DNA of 64,000 nucleotides from Methanomassiliicoccales archaeon (GCA_035506675.1 DATJOX010000057.1:17748-81747); one strand, 5' to 3'. Counted from the first letter of the stretch, positions 27,801 through 37,311 are shown. Translations and numbers: made by a program. The notes: generated by a model not told the origin, from the letters alone.

Positions 27801-28684
27801 AGGAAGATGAGACCGACCGCGATCGCGACGATGAAGTTCATTCTCGCGGCACGGTTGATCTCAAGCTGCAAAGGGCTAGCTGGTTCCGCAGTAATCTGGG
27901 TGAGCTTGACTATGCGGCCGAATTCGGTCCGCTCCCCAGTGGCGAAGACGACCGCGGTCCCGGACCCTGATGCCACCGTCGTCCCAGCGAAGATTACGTT
28001 CGCGCAGTAGGCGAGCTCCTTGTGCGATGCGACCGTTGCGACCCCAGGCGCCCGGTGAACTGGCTCCGACTCTCCGGTCAGGGCGGAGTTGTCCACGGCC
28101 AGCTCGAAGCATTCGACGACGCGCGCGTCCGCAGGCACCTTGTCACCCGCCTCGAGCATGAGGATATCGCCTGGCACCACCTCCGCCACCTGCACTTGAA
28201 CGACCTCATTTGCTCGCTTGACCCTGGTGTTGGCAGGCACCAGCTCCTTTATCGCGCGCACCGCGCGCTCGGCACGGTACTCCTGGAAGAGGCTGAACAC
28301 GACGCTTATCAGAACAACGACCAAAATCGCGACGCCCATTCCGATCGACGTCGGATCGTTCGTGCTGAAGCCAGTAATGAAGGAGAGAGCGGCGGCTACG
28401 ACCAGAAGTACCGTGAATAGGTTCTTGATCTGCGCAATGAGGCTCTGGGAGAGGCGTCTCTTCCTTTCCGGAAGAACGTTGCGGCCGTATTTCGCTGCCC
28501 TCGCCTTCGCTTCATCCGGCGTCAGACCGGCCGAGCTCGTTTCGAGGCGCCCGTACAGCTCCTCAACGCTACATCCGAGGCACTTCATAGCCTCGGTGGC
28601 TTCCTCCTCGTTTCCCTCCGCCACGCTCTCGCCCCTTGGCGTCTGCGGCCCAGTGGTCGTGAACCCTTGGGGGATGGAGAGCAT
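24881..28684 (-). CDS. P-type cation ATPase (type II, P2C-like) with C-terminal USP-like extension
   Basis: LTGES, VPEG, DKTGT, GDGVND; M6 LAIDLMMD; about 285 extra C-terminal aa; start may lie slightly downstream. Confidence 0.92.
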   Translation of the reverse strand: MLSIPQGFTTTGPQTPRGESVAEGNEEEATEAMKCLGCSVEELYGRLETSSAGLTPDEAKARAAKYGRNVLPERKRRLSQSLIAQIKNLFTVLLVVAAALSFITGFSTNDPTSIGMGVAILVVVLISVVFSLFQEYRAERAVRAIKELVPANTRVKRANEVVQVQVAEVVPGDILMLEAGDKVPADARVVECFELAVDNSALTGESEPVHRAPGVATVASHKELAYCANVIFAGTTVASGSGTAVVFATGERTEFGRIVKLTQITAEPASPLQLEINRAARMNFIVAIAVGLIFLLIAYFGLGLELAPSLLFMIGVMISLVPEGFQVTLTLALAISSLTMSKRNMVVKRLSSVETLGSCTVICSDKTGTITEGQMTVRRAWIGGKDYEVSGEGYEPEGAVTIEGRRVQAGDAEDLLQLMRVACLDNTATVVPPLDPRKSRWTAIGDSTEAALLVFAAKAGMQYKEQLSRSPRIGLAPFESKRKMMTSVHREPEGRIVSYTKGAGADVLERSTYAYWNGAVVPLTDDIRRVVKNRMDQYAREAYRVLALAERALPADPTSYEAESLEKELTFIGLVAILDPPRAESAKAVREARAAGIRVLMLTGDHELTAEAIARSIGLITSKGEVVSGSRLAAMSDEELGRVLEKKELVFARIAPDQKLRIVKALRDRGETVAVTGDGVNDAPALLEADIGIAMGLSGTDVARESSDMVLLDDNFASIVHGIEQGRAVFDNLRKFIAYVFTHNWAELIAFIAFVTIGVPLPLTVIEVLAIDLMMDIPPSLALTVEPPEPGIMERAPRSKAVRLFSSGALARSTYLGVIAGLVALYWCFNLWQGAGWHLGLGSVSSQMAYQQGTTIFMAAVMAGQLGVVFAMRTNVKSSLSVSLSKNKWLLVAVAASFGLLLILVYFPPIGSAFGATGVPLQDILVLYLIAPVLFGLEEVRKLILRAYLLPPVPVTPVPAAPIAGVPVEIGYDRELPPYEEKGPPAVVVLRGVGNEVNLVHVAVDSARSAGSRLLFVRVIDNDSDQHNLDDLERLIVQHAGHLKVPFEIQDIRVAGRERGWRATSVSLREVVKDSGASRIFVPAAREVFEGRRRALSRIAWVNEFRERKVIIVSNWEAPSIPLTGAPRVLIPALTRLKGEPVELAQALTEGAPFPGVDIVAAKVVEMPSIVPLYSVYRPESLVDTERELSVFHTLPTWAVIRRYRPMVVLVRESGRDVALFAKQRNVDLIILEGEWDEARSGYMFKKERGVAERAECTVVVAIPPAS

Positions 28685-28767
28685 CGACGCTGCTATTAAT
28701 GCGCTTCTGAGCTACCTTCTCTGAAGACTATCGTTAAGAATCGAGTCGCCAGAGCTGTCGAGCCTCG

Positions 28768-29262
28768 TCAACGCTCGTCGTACTTCCAGAGCTTGTCCGC
28801 GACGTAGAACAACGAGCGAATCGCCTTGCCCGGCCTCTTCGCTTTCATTTCTGCTCCGCTGACAAGCGCCTCGCCTACCGCCAGCGGCTTTAGGTTCTTC
28901 TCGTCCCTCACCCAGACGAAATCGCCTGGCTTGATTTCCGGGTCTGCATCAACGATTCCTGGCCCCATCACATCCGCGCCGTTGATCACGAACTTGATCG
29001 CGCCCATGTCCACCGTGGCGAACGCCTTCGATACCTGGTATCTCAGCAGTCCGCGCACCGTGAGGAAGGCCTTCCCCTGGGAAACGAAAGCGAGCACCTG
29101 GTTACCGACGAACACGACGTCGAAGTCAGGGCCCTCCGCCATGTCCACGGTGTCCCCGATCCCGAATACGGGAGCACCCACCTTCGCTGATATCTCGTTG
29201 GCCAGGGCATTGATCTCCTTCTCCCTCAGGCGGCGCCGCTTCCGGATGCGCAATTCCGACAT
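28768..29262 (-). CDS. PUA-domain RNA-binding protein (MCT-1/Tma20-like)
   Basis: VDMGAIKFVINGADVMGPGI, LAVG, GKAI motifs. Confidence 0.9.
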   Translation of the reverse strand: MSELRIRKRRRLREKEINALANEISAKVGAPVFGIGDTVDMAEGPDFDVVFVGNQVLAFVSQGKAFLTVRGLLRYQVSKAFATVDMGAIKFVINGADVMGPGIVDADPEIKPGDFVWVRDEKNLKPLAVGEALVSGAEMKAKRPGKAIRSLFYVADKLWKYDER

Positions 29263-29281
29263 TCTCTGGAAACCTCAGAGG

Positions 29282-29662
29282 TTACTTCTTCCGCTTGCCA
29301 AAAAGCTTGCCTAGGCCGCGCTTCTCCTCGCCATCTTGCTTCGGCTCCGCAGGCTTCGGCGCCTCGACCGGCTTCTGCTCCTTCGCCTTCTCCTCCGGAA
29401 CCTCCATCTTCGGCGCTTCCGCCTTGGGCGCAGGTTTCGGGGACTCAAGTCCCGATTTCTTCGGTGCTTCCTTCAGGGGTTCCGGCATAGACCTTGGCGT
29501 CTCTTTCGGCTTTTCGGGGTTGGAGAGGCGCTTTGCAATCGACTCAAGCTCCTCGAGCGTGGACATCGCCAGGTCGGAGCCGCACCCGGGGCATTCCTCC
29601 TGCTTCGCGGGCACGATGCGCCCACAAACCGGGCACTCAACAGAATCGGCTGGTATGGACAT
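29282..29662 (-). CDS. Zinc-ribbon protein with K/E/P-rich low-complexity tail
   Basis: CPVCG..CPGCG followed by a PKE/APK-rich region; start ATG 29662 preferred. Confidence 0.7.
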   Translation of the reverse strand: MSIPADSVECPVCGRIVPAKQEECPGCGSDLAMSTLEELESIAKRLSNPEKPKETPRSMPEPLKEAPKKSGLESPKPAPKAEAPKMEVPEEKAKEQKPVEAPKPAEPKQDGEEKRGLGKLFGKRKK

Positions 29663-29809
29663 GCGCTGACGCCAGTCCAAACGAGCCCTCCCGATTTAAC
29701 CATTTTGGGAGCAGTATCAGTGTCGGAATTACTCAAATCTGGAATCTGGTCGCGCTCTTTATCAGGCACTTGTCACAAATCACCCGCATCGCACCGTCGG
29801 GGTGGGTTT

Positions 29810-31858
29810 GTGAGCGCCAAGATAAAGGAGGAGAAGCCTGAGAGATACGGTTGGAGCGGGGCGATCCTGGCGGCGCTCACACCGCTCCTCGTGATGATCA
29901 TCATCCCCGTCTTCATCATGTTCGCCGGCATCGAGTTCGGCAAGGCCGGGCCGCAGCTGGCATCCGAACTCGAGAGCCTAATCGTGATGCTCGTGGTGAT
30001 CGGCCTGCCGGCGGTCGTGGTCACGTTCGCAGCGCACTACTTTCGCAAGGGCTCGGTACCGAGGGTCGTCCTCGGCGTCGCAGAGGCGGTCACGGTCTTC
30101 CTCTACATCGCTCTTCTATTCTACTACCTCAATCTGCAAACCGTCTTCGGACTCCTGAGCTTCAACCCAGATCTGGACACTCTCTTTCTGGCCTTAATGT
30201 ACGCGGTTGTCCTGCTTGGCTGGGGATTCGTGGGCGATTTCTTCTCGAAGCGCCGAGCGTATCGCGCGACGATCGGCAGGCCTCTTGAGGCGAAGCCGAT
30301 GCCAATCGGGATCGCTCTAGACTTCTCGCCGCGGGCGGGTGACGCGAGGAAGGGACAACGCACAGCGGTTATCGAAGCCGCGGTGCTGGTAATCGTTCCC
30401 ATTCTGCTGCTCGTCCTCGTTCCAGCGATCGCCTCTTCGCAAGTCACCCCTCTGCCTGCCAACTTCGCTTCGCTCTTCACGATCTTCAACTCAATGGCGA
30501 GCGTCGTCCTCGTCATCGGCCTCATAGCCGTCCCGCTTGCCTGGCTCATGGGATTCTACCGTCCGGGGACGTCTACGCGTGCGCTGTTTTCGAGCGCGTT
30601 CGCAATCGCGCTCCTGGCTTACATCTGGTTCGTGCTCATGGGACACGGACTGAGCGACTGGCTCGCACAGCAGGGAATCTTCTTCGACTACAGCTTCATT
30701 GTCACGCTGCTGCTCGTCGTTCCGTTGTTCCGCGTCCTTGTCGCCGTCGGCGAGCTCATGGAGCAGCGCAAACCCTGGAAGCGCTCGTGGGGCATCGACG
30801 CTCCTGACCGTCCGATAAACACAGCCTCTGCGTTCCTCGATTTCAACCCGCGCACGGGCAGCATCGCCGAGGCCGCTCGGGCCGGAAGAAGGGCCTGGCT
30901 CGCGTGGCTGGTGCTCCCGTTCTTCCTCTTCAATCTGAGCTCGCAGACGATCGCGACCATTGCTAGTGTGGCAAACCGAGGCCCGCTCTCCATCGTGCTC
31001 GACAACATATCCTGGTCGCTGTTCACCATCGCCCTGGTCATCGTCGCGCTCAGCATGGTCTGGGGCTTCTATCCGAAGGGATCGTTCGGTCGCCTGATCT
31101 TCGGGGCCGCGAAAGCGATCTTCATCGTGCTGTTCGTGGTCGCGATCTTTCATGGCGGTTCGCTCGGCAACGAGATCTACGGCACCGGGTTCAAGGTGGA
31201 CCTCGACCCCGTTGTGGGATTGTTCGTCATCCTGGCGGCCATGTTCTTCATCGTTCCGTTCGCAGAGCTGGCCGACAATCGCCGCGCCTGGAAGAAGCGC
31301 TTCGGGCGCTCACTGAAGAAGCTGAGCGCGCCGAAGCAAGGAGCGATGACAGATTTCCGGCTCCGATACGCGCGCTTCGTTGAGGGGGCGAGGGAGTCTA
31401 GGCGGGGGTACATGAGCTATGTCGTGATCCCCCAGCTCTTCATCGTGATCATGAGGGGCGCGTTCCTGAGCGTGAACAACGTCATCCTGAACCAGGCGGC
31501 CGCGAACCTCACCGATCTGAGCACGCCGGTGCTGCTCGTGGGCGTCACAGTGGTGGTCGTGCAGTTCTTCCGCGGGATGTGGGGACCGGGAGCGTTCTCG
31601 CGCTTGGCGTTCGGGTGGATCGCAGCCTTGCTGTCCGTCGTGTGGGTCTACGTATTCCTGTCTGGACTGCTGAACACTAGCGTCACGCTGCAGCTCCCGG
31701 GCACTCCGATCAACATCGATCTCTCGCCATACCTGAACATCGTGCTGATAATATTCATCGTCCTGTCGCTGCTGACGGGCGTGAGGTACACGTTCGAGTT
31801 CCTCTTCAACCGGGCGAGATGGGCGGAGAACCGGGAGAGCCTCGTGGTCTACGAATGA
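29810..31858 (+). CDS. Polytopic membrane protein built of four ~171-aa repeats
   Basis: GTG 29810 (MSAKIKEEK); repeating (G/H)(F/Y/M)x(R/P/G)xG(S/T/A)xxR motif at 30035, 30551, 31064 and 31574. The track N-terminal extension is antisense of the neighbouring gene. Confidence 0.8.
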   Translation: MSAKIKEEKPERYGWSGAILAALTPLLVMIIIPVFIMFAGIEFGKAGPQLASELESLIVMLVVIGLPAVVVTFAAHYFRKGSVPRVVLGVAEAVTVFLYIALLFYYLNLQTVFGLLSFNPDLDTLFLALMYAVVLLGWGFVGDFFSKRRAYRATIGRPLEAKPMPIGIALDFSPRAGDARKGQRTAVIEAAVLVIVPILLLVLVPAIASSQVTPLPANFASLFTIFNSMASVVLVIGLIAVPLAWLMGFYRPGTSTRALFSSAFAIALLAYIWFVLMGHGLSDWLAQQGIFFDYSFIVTLLLVVPLFRVLVAVGELMEQRKPWKRSWGIDAPDRPINTASAFLDFNPRTGSIAEAARAGRRAWLAWLVLPFFLFNLSSQTIATIASVANRGPLSIVLDNISWSLFTIALVIVALSMVWGFYPKGSFGRLIFGAAKAIFIVLFVVAIFHGGSLGNEIYGTGFKVDLDPVVGLFVILAAMFFIVPFAELADNRRAWKKRFGRSLKKLSAPKQGAMTDFRLRYARFVEGARESRRGYMSYVVIPQLFIVIMRGAFLSVNNVILNQAAANLTDLSTPVLLVGVTVVVVQFFRGMWGPGAFSRLAFGWIAALLSVVWVYVFLSGLLNTSVTLQLPGTPINIDLSPYLNIVLIIFIVLSLLTGVRYTFEFLFNRARWAENRESLVVYE

Positions 31859-32527
31859 TCAGCTGAGCTCGATGCCCTTTGGTCCGATGCGGAACGTCAT
31901 CGCGTCGATGGGCGCGGCGGTGAAGCGCATCTTCACGAACTCGAGGTAGCGCTCCTTGCGGTCGACATACTGGATGTCGCGTCTGCTGAGGCGCACGATG
32001 GTGTCGAAAGCTTGCTCGGCGACATCCCCGAAGCGGTGCACCATGCCCTCGTCGCAGGTCGCGACCATCGTAACGCCGCCGGCGAGCGCACTGCCCAGAA
32101 GATAGTCGATCTGCTGTCGGAAGTGCGAGATGCTCATCTCTAGCGCGAGCGCCCCCAGGTTGTCGATGACGAGGGCATCGACGTTCCCGAGCGCCTCGAC
32201 AATACCGGTGAAGCCGACCTCGCGCCCGTCCATGAACGGCGAGGCGCCTCTCGCGTCGCTGACCGTCATGAAGTGCACGCGCTTCTCCGCTTCGTAGCTG
32301 TCGAAGGGCCATCCGAATGCGGATGCCGCTTCGAGGAGATCCTCGCGGCGTTCCCGCACCGCTATGAACAAGACCCGCCTGCCCTCTGCGGCACAGGCTT
32401 GCGCGAACTGCAACGAGAGGATGGTCTTCCCCGACCCGGAGCGCCCGCTGATGAGGACGCTCCTTCCCCTCGGATATCCTCCGACCGCTGCGTCGATGCC
32501 GGCCACCCCGGTGCTCACCCGCTCCAT
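31859..32527 (-). CDS. KaiC/RAD55-family ATPase
   Basis: MERVSTGVAGID, GRSGSGKT Walker A, LVIDN, LEFVKMR. Confidence 0.88.
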   Translation of the reverse strand: MERVSTGVAGIDAAVGGYPRGRSVLISGRSGSGKTILSLQFAQACAAEGRRVLFIAVRERREDLLEAASAFGWPFDSYEAEKRVHFMTVSDARGASPFMDGREVGFTGIVEALGNVDALVIDNLGALALEMSISHFRQQIDYLLGSALAGGVTMVATCDEGMVHRFGDVAEQAFDTIVRLSRRDIQYVDRKERYLEFVKMRFTAAPIDAMTFRIGPKGIELS

Positions 32528-32694
32528 TCCTCGCCTCTCAGCTTGTATGGCCTGATGGAATAGATAACATTGCGCTCCGCGCTCCAAGATAGCACGGCTC
32601 CAGTTGCTCGAGGGTTCGGATTCAAGCACCCTCACGGAATCAATAAATAAGGTCTCGGTACTAGGCCGAAGCACAGTTCAAGGGGTGCAAAGAG

Positions 32695-33420
32695 ATGGGA
32701 ATTAGTATCGCAATCTGCGAGGTCGACTCGGACGCCTCGCTCTGCAAGGTCAACAAGACGACTTACGTGAAGGTATACCTGCCGAACATCAAGGGGCACG
32801 AACAGTACGCGGAATTCGACATGATCATCGCTGGCCCAGAGGCAAAGAAGACGATGGGGGCGGAGTGGGACGCGTTCGTGAAGCGCAACCGCATTGACCC
32901 TGAGGCCGAGGCGATCTACGTAGAGAAGATCAAGAACGAGGCGGACCGAAAGAAACTGGAGCCATTCGCGACCCGAAACTACACTGGCTGGGTGTTTGTG
33001 GACAAAGCGCCCGCGGACGTGGCGCGCGAGATCATCTCGAAATCCTCGCCCGACGACCGCCTCACTGGCTGGGACATGGTGTCATTTGAGGAGATGGGCG
33101 AGACCTGCAAGAAGTGTGGGCTGTCCTGGGACAAGGGGCGCGGATGCATCGGGGACTTCGGACCGGAGGCGTCCAAGCTGCCGGAGATCGCAGCGAAGAA
33201 CGGGCTTTCGATCATCGCGAACGTGGTCGAGTCCTCGAAGACCAAGAAGACATTCTCGACCGAGGACGCGAACGAGCTGCTCCGCGAGGTCAAGGTACTG
33301 CGGGAAAAGCTTCCGGCGGAAGGCAAGGCGATGGTCCACCGCTACTCTGGCGTGCTCGACAGGCTCGAGGCGATGGCCAACATAGCATTGAAATACAGGA
33401 CGAAGTTCTATTTCGTCTAA
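32695..33420 (+). CDS. Hypothetical protein with Cys cluster
   Basis: Coding-like codon use; CKKCGLSWDKGRGC; TAATG-coupled to the PadR gene. Confidence 0.75.
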   Translation: MGISIAICEVDSDASLCKVNKTTYVKVYLPNIKGHEQYAEFDMIIAGPEAKKTMGAEWDAFVKRNRIDPEAEAIYVEKIKNEADRKKLEPFATRNYTGWVFVDKAPADVAREIISKSSPDDRLTGWDMVSFEEMGETCKKCGLSWDKGRGCIGDFGPEASKLPEIAAKNGLSIIANVVESSKTKKTFSTEDANELLREVKVLREKLPAEGKAMVHRYSGVLDRLEAMANIALKYRTKFYFV

Positions 33421-33767
33421 TGGCCTGGGCTCTCCCGCAGGAAGAAGTCAGCAGGGGCTTTCAGAAGTACGGGTTCAAAGCCGGCTTCCTGAAGCTCGTC
33501 GTCCTGAAGCTCATTGCCAGGGGACCGACTCACGGCTACGCCCTCATCAAGGAGATCGAGAAGGCCACGGATGCGGAATGGTCGCCATCCCCGGGATCCA
33601 TTTATCCGGCGCTCCAGGAGCTGGAGGTCGATGGGCTGATCGAAGTGCACAACGAGGGGCGCAGGAGAATGTACGCCATCACCTCCAAGGGGCAGGAGAC
33701 GCTGAAGCAATCATTGGAGCACGCCTCCGAGGCGATGCGTCACCTCACAAAGCTCCTCGCGATCTAG
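33420..33767 (+). CDS. PadR-family transcriptional regulator
   Basis: THGYALIKEI, SPGSIYPALQELE, RRMYAITSKG. Confidence 0.92.
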   Translation: MAWALPQEEVSRGFQKYGFKAGFLKLVVLKLIARGPTHGYALIKEIEKATDAEWSPSPGSIYPALQELEVDGLIEVHNEGRRRMYAITSKGQETLKQSLEHASEAMRHLTKLLAI

Positions 33768-33801
33768 CGCGCGCATCAATTCATTAAGTACCATTTCGAA
33801 C

Positions 33802-34284
33802 TTGGTGGCAATCATGACGCTCGAAGGGAAGGCTTTCGCGGAGCTACGCGTGTCCGACGTCCAGGACCTGTTCGTGACCGAACCGGCAAAGGTGCAGAAG
33901 AGCGCGAAGATAAGCGAGGTCATCGAAAGGATGCTGGCATGCCCGGCCTGCAGTACCGTGTACGTCATCGACGTCGAAGGGAACCTTGTTGGCGCGGTGA
34001 CGCAAACGAAGATCCTTGAGCTCATCGGCCTCCGCGTCGGCGTGCGTGAGAACAGTTCGGTGGGTTTCATGCACCTGCTGCGCGACACGCTGAAGGAGAA
34101 TGCAGAACAGATCGTCGCCAAGACGAAGACGGTCAAGCGCGACACGAAGTTGTCTGATGCGCTGAGGATCATGGTCGAGAACAGAATCACCGAACTGCCG
34201 ATCGTCGATGACGACCACAAGCTGATTGGAGAGCTGAATGGTCTCGAGCTCTTCGCGAAAGGCAGAGACCTTTTCCAAAAGTGA
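33802..34284 (+). CDS. CBS-pair protein
   Basis: VYVIDVEGNLVGAVT and ELPIVDDDHKLIGEL. Confidence 0.88.
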   Translation: MVAIMTLEGKAFAELRVSDVQDLFVTEPAKVQKSAKISEVIERMLACPACSTVYVIDVEGNLVGAVTQTKILELIGLRVGVRENSSVGFMHLLRDTLKENAEQIVAKTKTVKRDTKLSDALRIMVENRITELPIVDDDHKLIGELNGLELFAKGRDLFQK

Positions 34285-35028
34285 CTACTTGGAGCAGACA
34301 GGGCATTTCTCGTCGCGTTCGACCGGCACGACCTCGAACGAATTGCATTCCAGGTCGACAACCAGGAGCCTCGAAGCGAGAGGCTCGCCGAATCCCGTTA
34401 TCAATTTGATCGCCTCAGACGCCTGAAGCGAGCCTATGAAACCTGCCGCGGCGCCAACCACCGGCGTCTCCCGTGCAAGCGTCGCGGTCTTCGCGAAAAG
34501 GCAACGGAGGCAGGGCGTTCTCCCAGGTATGATCGTCGTCAGCTGGCCGTGCATTCCTTCGACCGCTCCGTGCACGAAGGGCTTGCGGGCAGCGACACAG
34601 CATCCGTTCAACTCCATGCGCGTGTCGAAGTTGTCGGTGCAGTCGAGGATGACATCCGCATCGCCCATCAGCCTGGTCAGGTTGTCCGCGCTCACTCTCT
34701 CTTTCACCAGACGGACTCTGAGATCGGTGTTGAACTGCGTCAGCTTCTCCATCGCGCTCTCGACCTTCAACTGCGCCCCGTGCACGTCCTTCTCCCAGTG
34801 CAGGATTTGCCGGTTCAGATTGCTGAGCTCGACGACCTGATCATCGGCCAAGACCAGTTCTCCCACACCAGCAGCCGCAAGATACAATGCTGCCGGGGAG
34901 CCGAGACCGCCGACCCCAAGCACCCCGACCCTTGCGTCCTTCAGCCTTCGTTGGGCCTTCTCGCCGAACCCTTTCAGGTCAATCTGCCTGCGGAAGCGCG
35001 CTTTCTCGACCTCGGTCAGTCTCTCCAT
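34285..35028 (-). CDS. ThiF/MoeB/HesA E1-like adenylyltransferase (copy 1)
   Basis: RFRRQI, GVGGLG, SNLNRQ, DCTDN, CLRC, CPVC; start ATG 35028. Confidence 0.92.
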   Translation of the reverse strand: MERLTEVEKARFRRQIDLKGFGEKAQRRLKDARVGVLGVGGLGSPAALYLAAAGVGELVLADDQVVELSNLNRQILHWEKDVHGAQLKVESAMEKLTQFNTDLRVRLVKERVSADNLTRLMGDADVILDCTDNFDTRMELNGCCVAARKPFVHGAVEGMHGQLTTIIPGRTPCLRCLFAKTATLARETPVVGAAAGFIGSLQASEAIKLITGFGEPLASRLLVVDLECNSFEVVPVERDEKCPVCSK

Positions 35029-35212
35029 GCCGCTTGTCGAATGCTCCCAGATTTCAATAAATGTTTCCAGAGTCAGGATTTCGCGCACCGGATGGACAGC
35101 ACGATACGTATCGGACGTGACTGAGAACAGATTGCTGGCACTGCGAAATCGCTCAATAATGCAGAAAATGCTCATATAGTGCATTGCTGCTGCAAGCGCA
35201 CAAGGTGCCAAC

Positions 35213-36145
35213 ATGGCAGAAACTGTGATCACGGTCTCCGGCCTCACGAAGAGGTACGGAAGCCTCACCGCCGTCGACGCGATCTCGTTCGAAGTCTACG
35301 CAGGGGAAGTGTTCTCCTTGCTCGGGCCGAACGGAGCGGGCAAGACGACCACCGTCGAGATCCTCGAGTGCCTGCGTCCGAAGACCGCTGGCGACGTCAG
35401 GGTCCTCGGAATGGACATTGACAAGCAGGTGCGAGACATAAAGAAGCGCATCGGCGTACTCCCCCAGGACTTCAACGCCTTCGACCTCTTGACCGTCAAG
35501 GAGAACATCGACTACTTTGGGGACATGTTCGACAAGCGCTTGCCTGCCGACGACCTGATCAAGGCGATGGACCTGGAGGAGAAGCGAAACGAGTGGTTCA
35601 AGAACCTGTCCGGGGGACTCAAGCAGAGGACGGGCGTGGCGATCGCGATGGTCAACGACCCGGATATCGTTTTCCTGGACGAGCCCTCGACCGGTCTCGA
35701 CCCGCGCGCCCGTAGGGATGTCTGGGAGGTCATTCGGAACCTCAAGCAGAAGGGCAAGACCGTCATCCTCACCACCCACTACATGGAGGAGGCGGAGACG
35801 CTCTCCGACCGCCTCGGCATCATCGACCACGGCAAGTTCATCGCGTTCGGAACGCCGCGCGAGATCGTCGACAAGTATGGAACGGGTGCGAGGGTGATCG
35901 TTTCCAATTGCGACAACGTCTGCTGCGACACCCTGAAGGAGCAATGGCCACAGGGCGAGTACAAGGGCAAGGACGCAGTCATCCGTCTGGAGAACAAGAA
36001 CGCGCTCTCTGAGATCGTCTACACCCTCGACCGCTCCGGTGGCAATTACGAGCAGATACAGGTTACCAGGCCAACGCTCGAGGACGTATTCCTCAATCTA
36101 ACTGGACGCAAGATCGCGGAGGAGGCTGCTGCCAATGGCAAATAG
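35213..36145 (+). CDS. ABC-2-type exporter ATP-binding subunit
   Basis: GPNGAGKTT, LSGG, FLDEPSTGLD, TTHY. Confidence 0.95.
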   Translation: MAETVITVSGLTKRYGSLTAVDAISFEVYAGEVFSLLGPNGAGKTTTVEILECLRPKTAGDVRVLGMDIDKQVRDIKKRIGVLPQDFNAFDLLTVKENIDYFGDMFDKRLPADDLIKAMDLEEKRNEWFKNLSGGLKQRTGVAIAMVNDPDIVFLDEPSTGLDPRARRDVWEVIRNLKQKGKTVILTTHYMEEAETLSDRLGIIDHGKFIAFGTPREIVDKYGTGARVIVSNCDNVCCDTLKEQWPQGEYKGKDAVIRLENKNALSEIVYTLDRSGGNYEQIQVTRPTLEDVFLNLTGRKIAEEAAANGK

Positions 36146-37232
36146 GGTGTGGGTCGCGTTCAAGGCCGATGTCAAGGGCTTCTGGCGCAACAAGTCGAAC
36201 GTCTTCTGGACGATCGCATTCCCGCTGCTGCTGATCCTCCTGTTCGGTGCGATCTTCGCCGGCTCGGGGACAGTGAACGTGCCGATCGCGGTGCAGGACC
36301 AGAGCAACTCGATCGCCTCCCACGCGTTCCTCGACGCACTCAATCAGACGCATTCGGTATCATTGACCTTCATCGACCGGAACGCGAACATCGATCAGTA
36401 CATCCACGACAACTCGCCGAGCGTCGTGCTCATCATACCGGACAATTTCACGAGCGCGTTCGTTCCAGGGGCGCCCAATGGAACGGCGACCCTGCAGATC
36501 CGCTCCGATCCCACTGTCCAATCGTCGGGCATCGCCCTCGGACTTCTCAACGGGATCGCGCAGCAGTTCAACCTGCAGATCGCGCAGGGCGGTAACATCA
36601 TCGTCCTGACGCACACGGACATCGTGCAGAAACACTTCAAGTTCATCGACTTCTTCCTGCCAGGGGTCATCGCGCTCACGAGCATGACCACTACCATCTT
36701 CTGGATGGTCTCGGTGATGACTCGCTTCCGCACCAACGGCATCTTCAAGAAGCTGATGACCACGCCGATCACGAGGTACGAGTGGCTCGCGTCGCAGATA
36801 CTGTGGCAACTGGTCGTGGTGTTCATCTCCGTGGGCGTGATCGTGCTGGTCGGTGTAGCGGCCTTCGGCATGACGATCGTGTTCAGCCCGATAGCGATCG
36901 TGACGATCGTGCTCAGCAGCGCGCTCTTCTCGAGCATGGGCATGATCATCGCGCGCTTCATCCGCGACGAGGAGACGGCGAGCTCGGCGGCGAACGCGAT
37001 CACGTTCCCGATGATGTTCCTCTCGGGCATCTTCTTCGAGCTCTCGTCGATGCCGGACTGGCTGCAGGGCATCGCGCACGTTCTCCCGCTGACGTACGTC
37101 GGCGACGCGTTGCGCGACTCGATGGTCTACGGCAACGACGCGGCCGCGCTCGGAAACATGGCGGTCGTGGCCGTGCTCGCGGTCATCTTCTTCGTGGCCG
37201 GAGTGCTCGTCTCGAAGTGGAAGACCGAGTGA
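36135..37232 (+). CDS. ABC-2-type exporter permease
   Basis: Six TM segments, PMMFLSGIFF, LPLTY. Confidence 0.92.
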   Translation: MANRVWVAFKADVKGFWRNKSNVFWTIAFPLLLILLFGAIFAGSGTVNVPIAVQDQSNSIASHAFLDALNQTHSVSLTFIDRNANIDQYIHDNSPSVVLIIPDNFTSAFVPGAPNGTATLQIRSDPTVQSSGIALGLLNGIAQQFNLQIAQGGNIIVLTHTDIVQKHFKFIDFFLPGVIALTSMTTTIFWMVSVMTRFRTNGIFKKLMTTPITRYEWLASQILWQLVVVFISVGVIVLVGVAAFGMTIVFSPIAIVTIVLSSALFSSMGMIIARFIRDEETASSAANAITFPMMFLSGIFFELSSMPDWLQGIAHVLPLTYVGDALRDSMVYGNDAAALGNMAVVAVLAVIFFVAGVLVSKWKTE

Positions 37233-37311
37233 GCGTGCAAACCCCTTTCCGTCTTATTCTTTCTTGCGGAATATGTCAATGGACACTCAGCGTGCTAATC
37301 CTTAGCAATGC

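Noticed and set aside
29336-29809. 158-aa N-terminal extension of the repeat membrane protein
   Set aside because: It is the antisense of the K/E/P-rich zinc-ribbon gene plus intergenic DNA; the real start is more plausibly GTG 29810
35102-35185. CGATACGTATCG palindrome and AATGCTC-N5-GTGCATT resembling the 11378 motif
   Set aside because: Spacing differs (5 versus 3 nt) with a mismatch; a 12-bp palindrome alone is weak evidence
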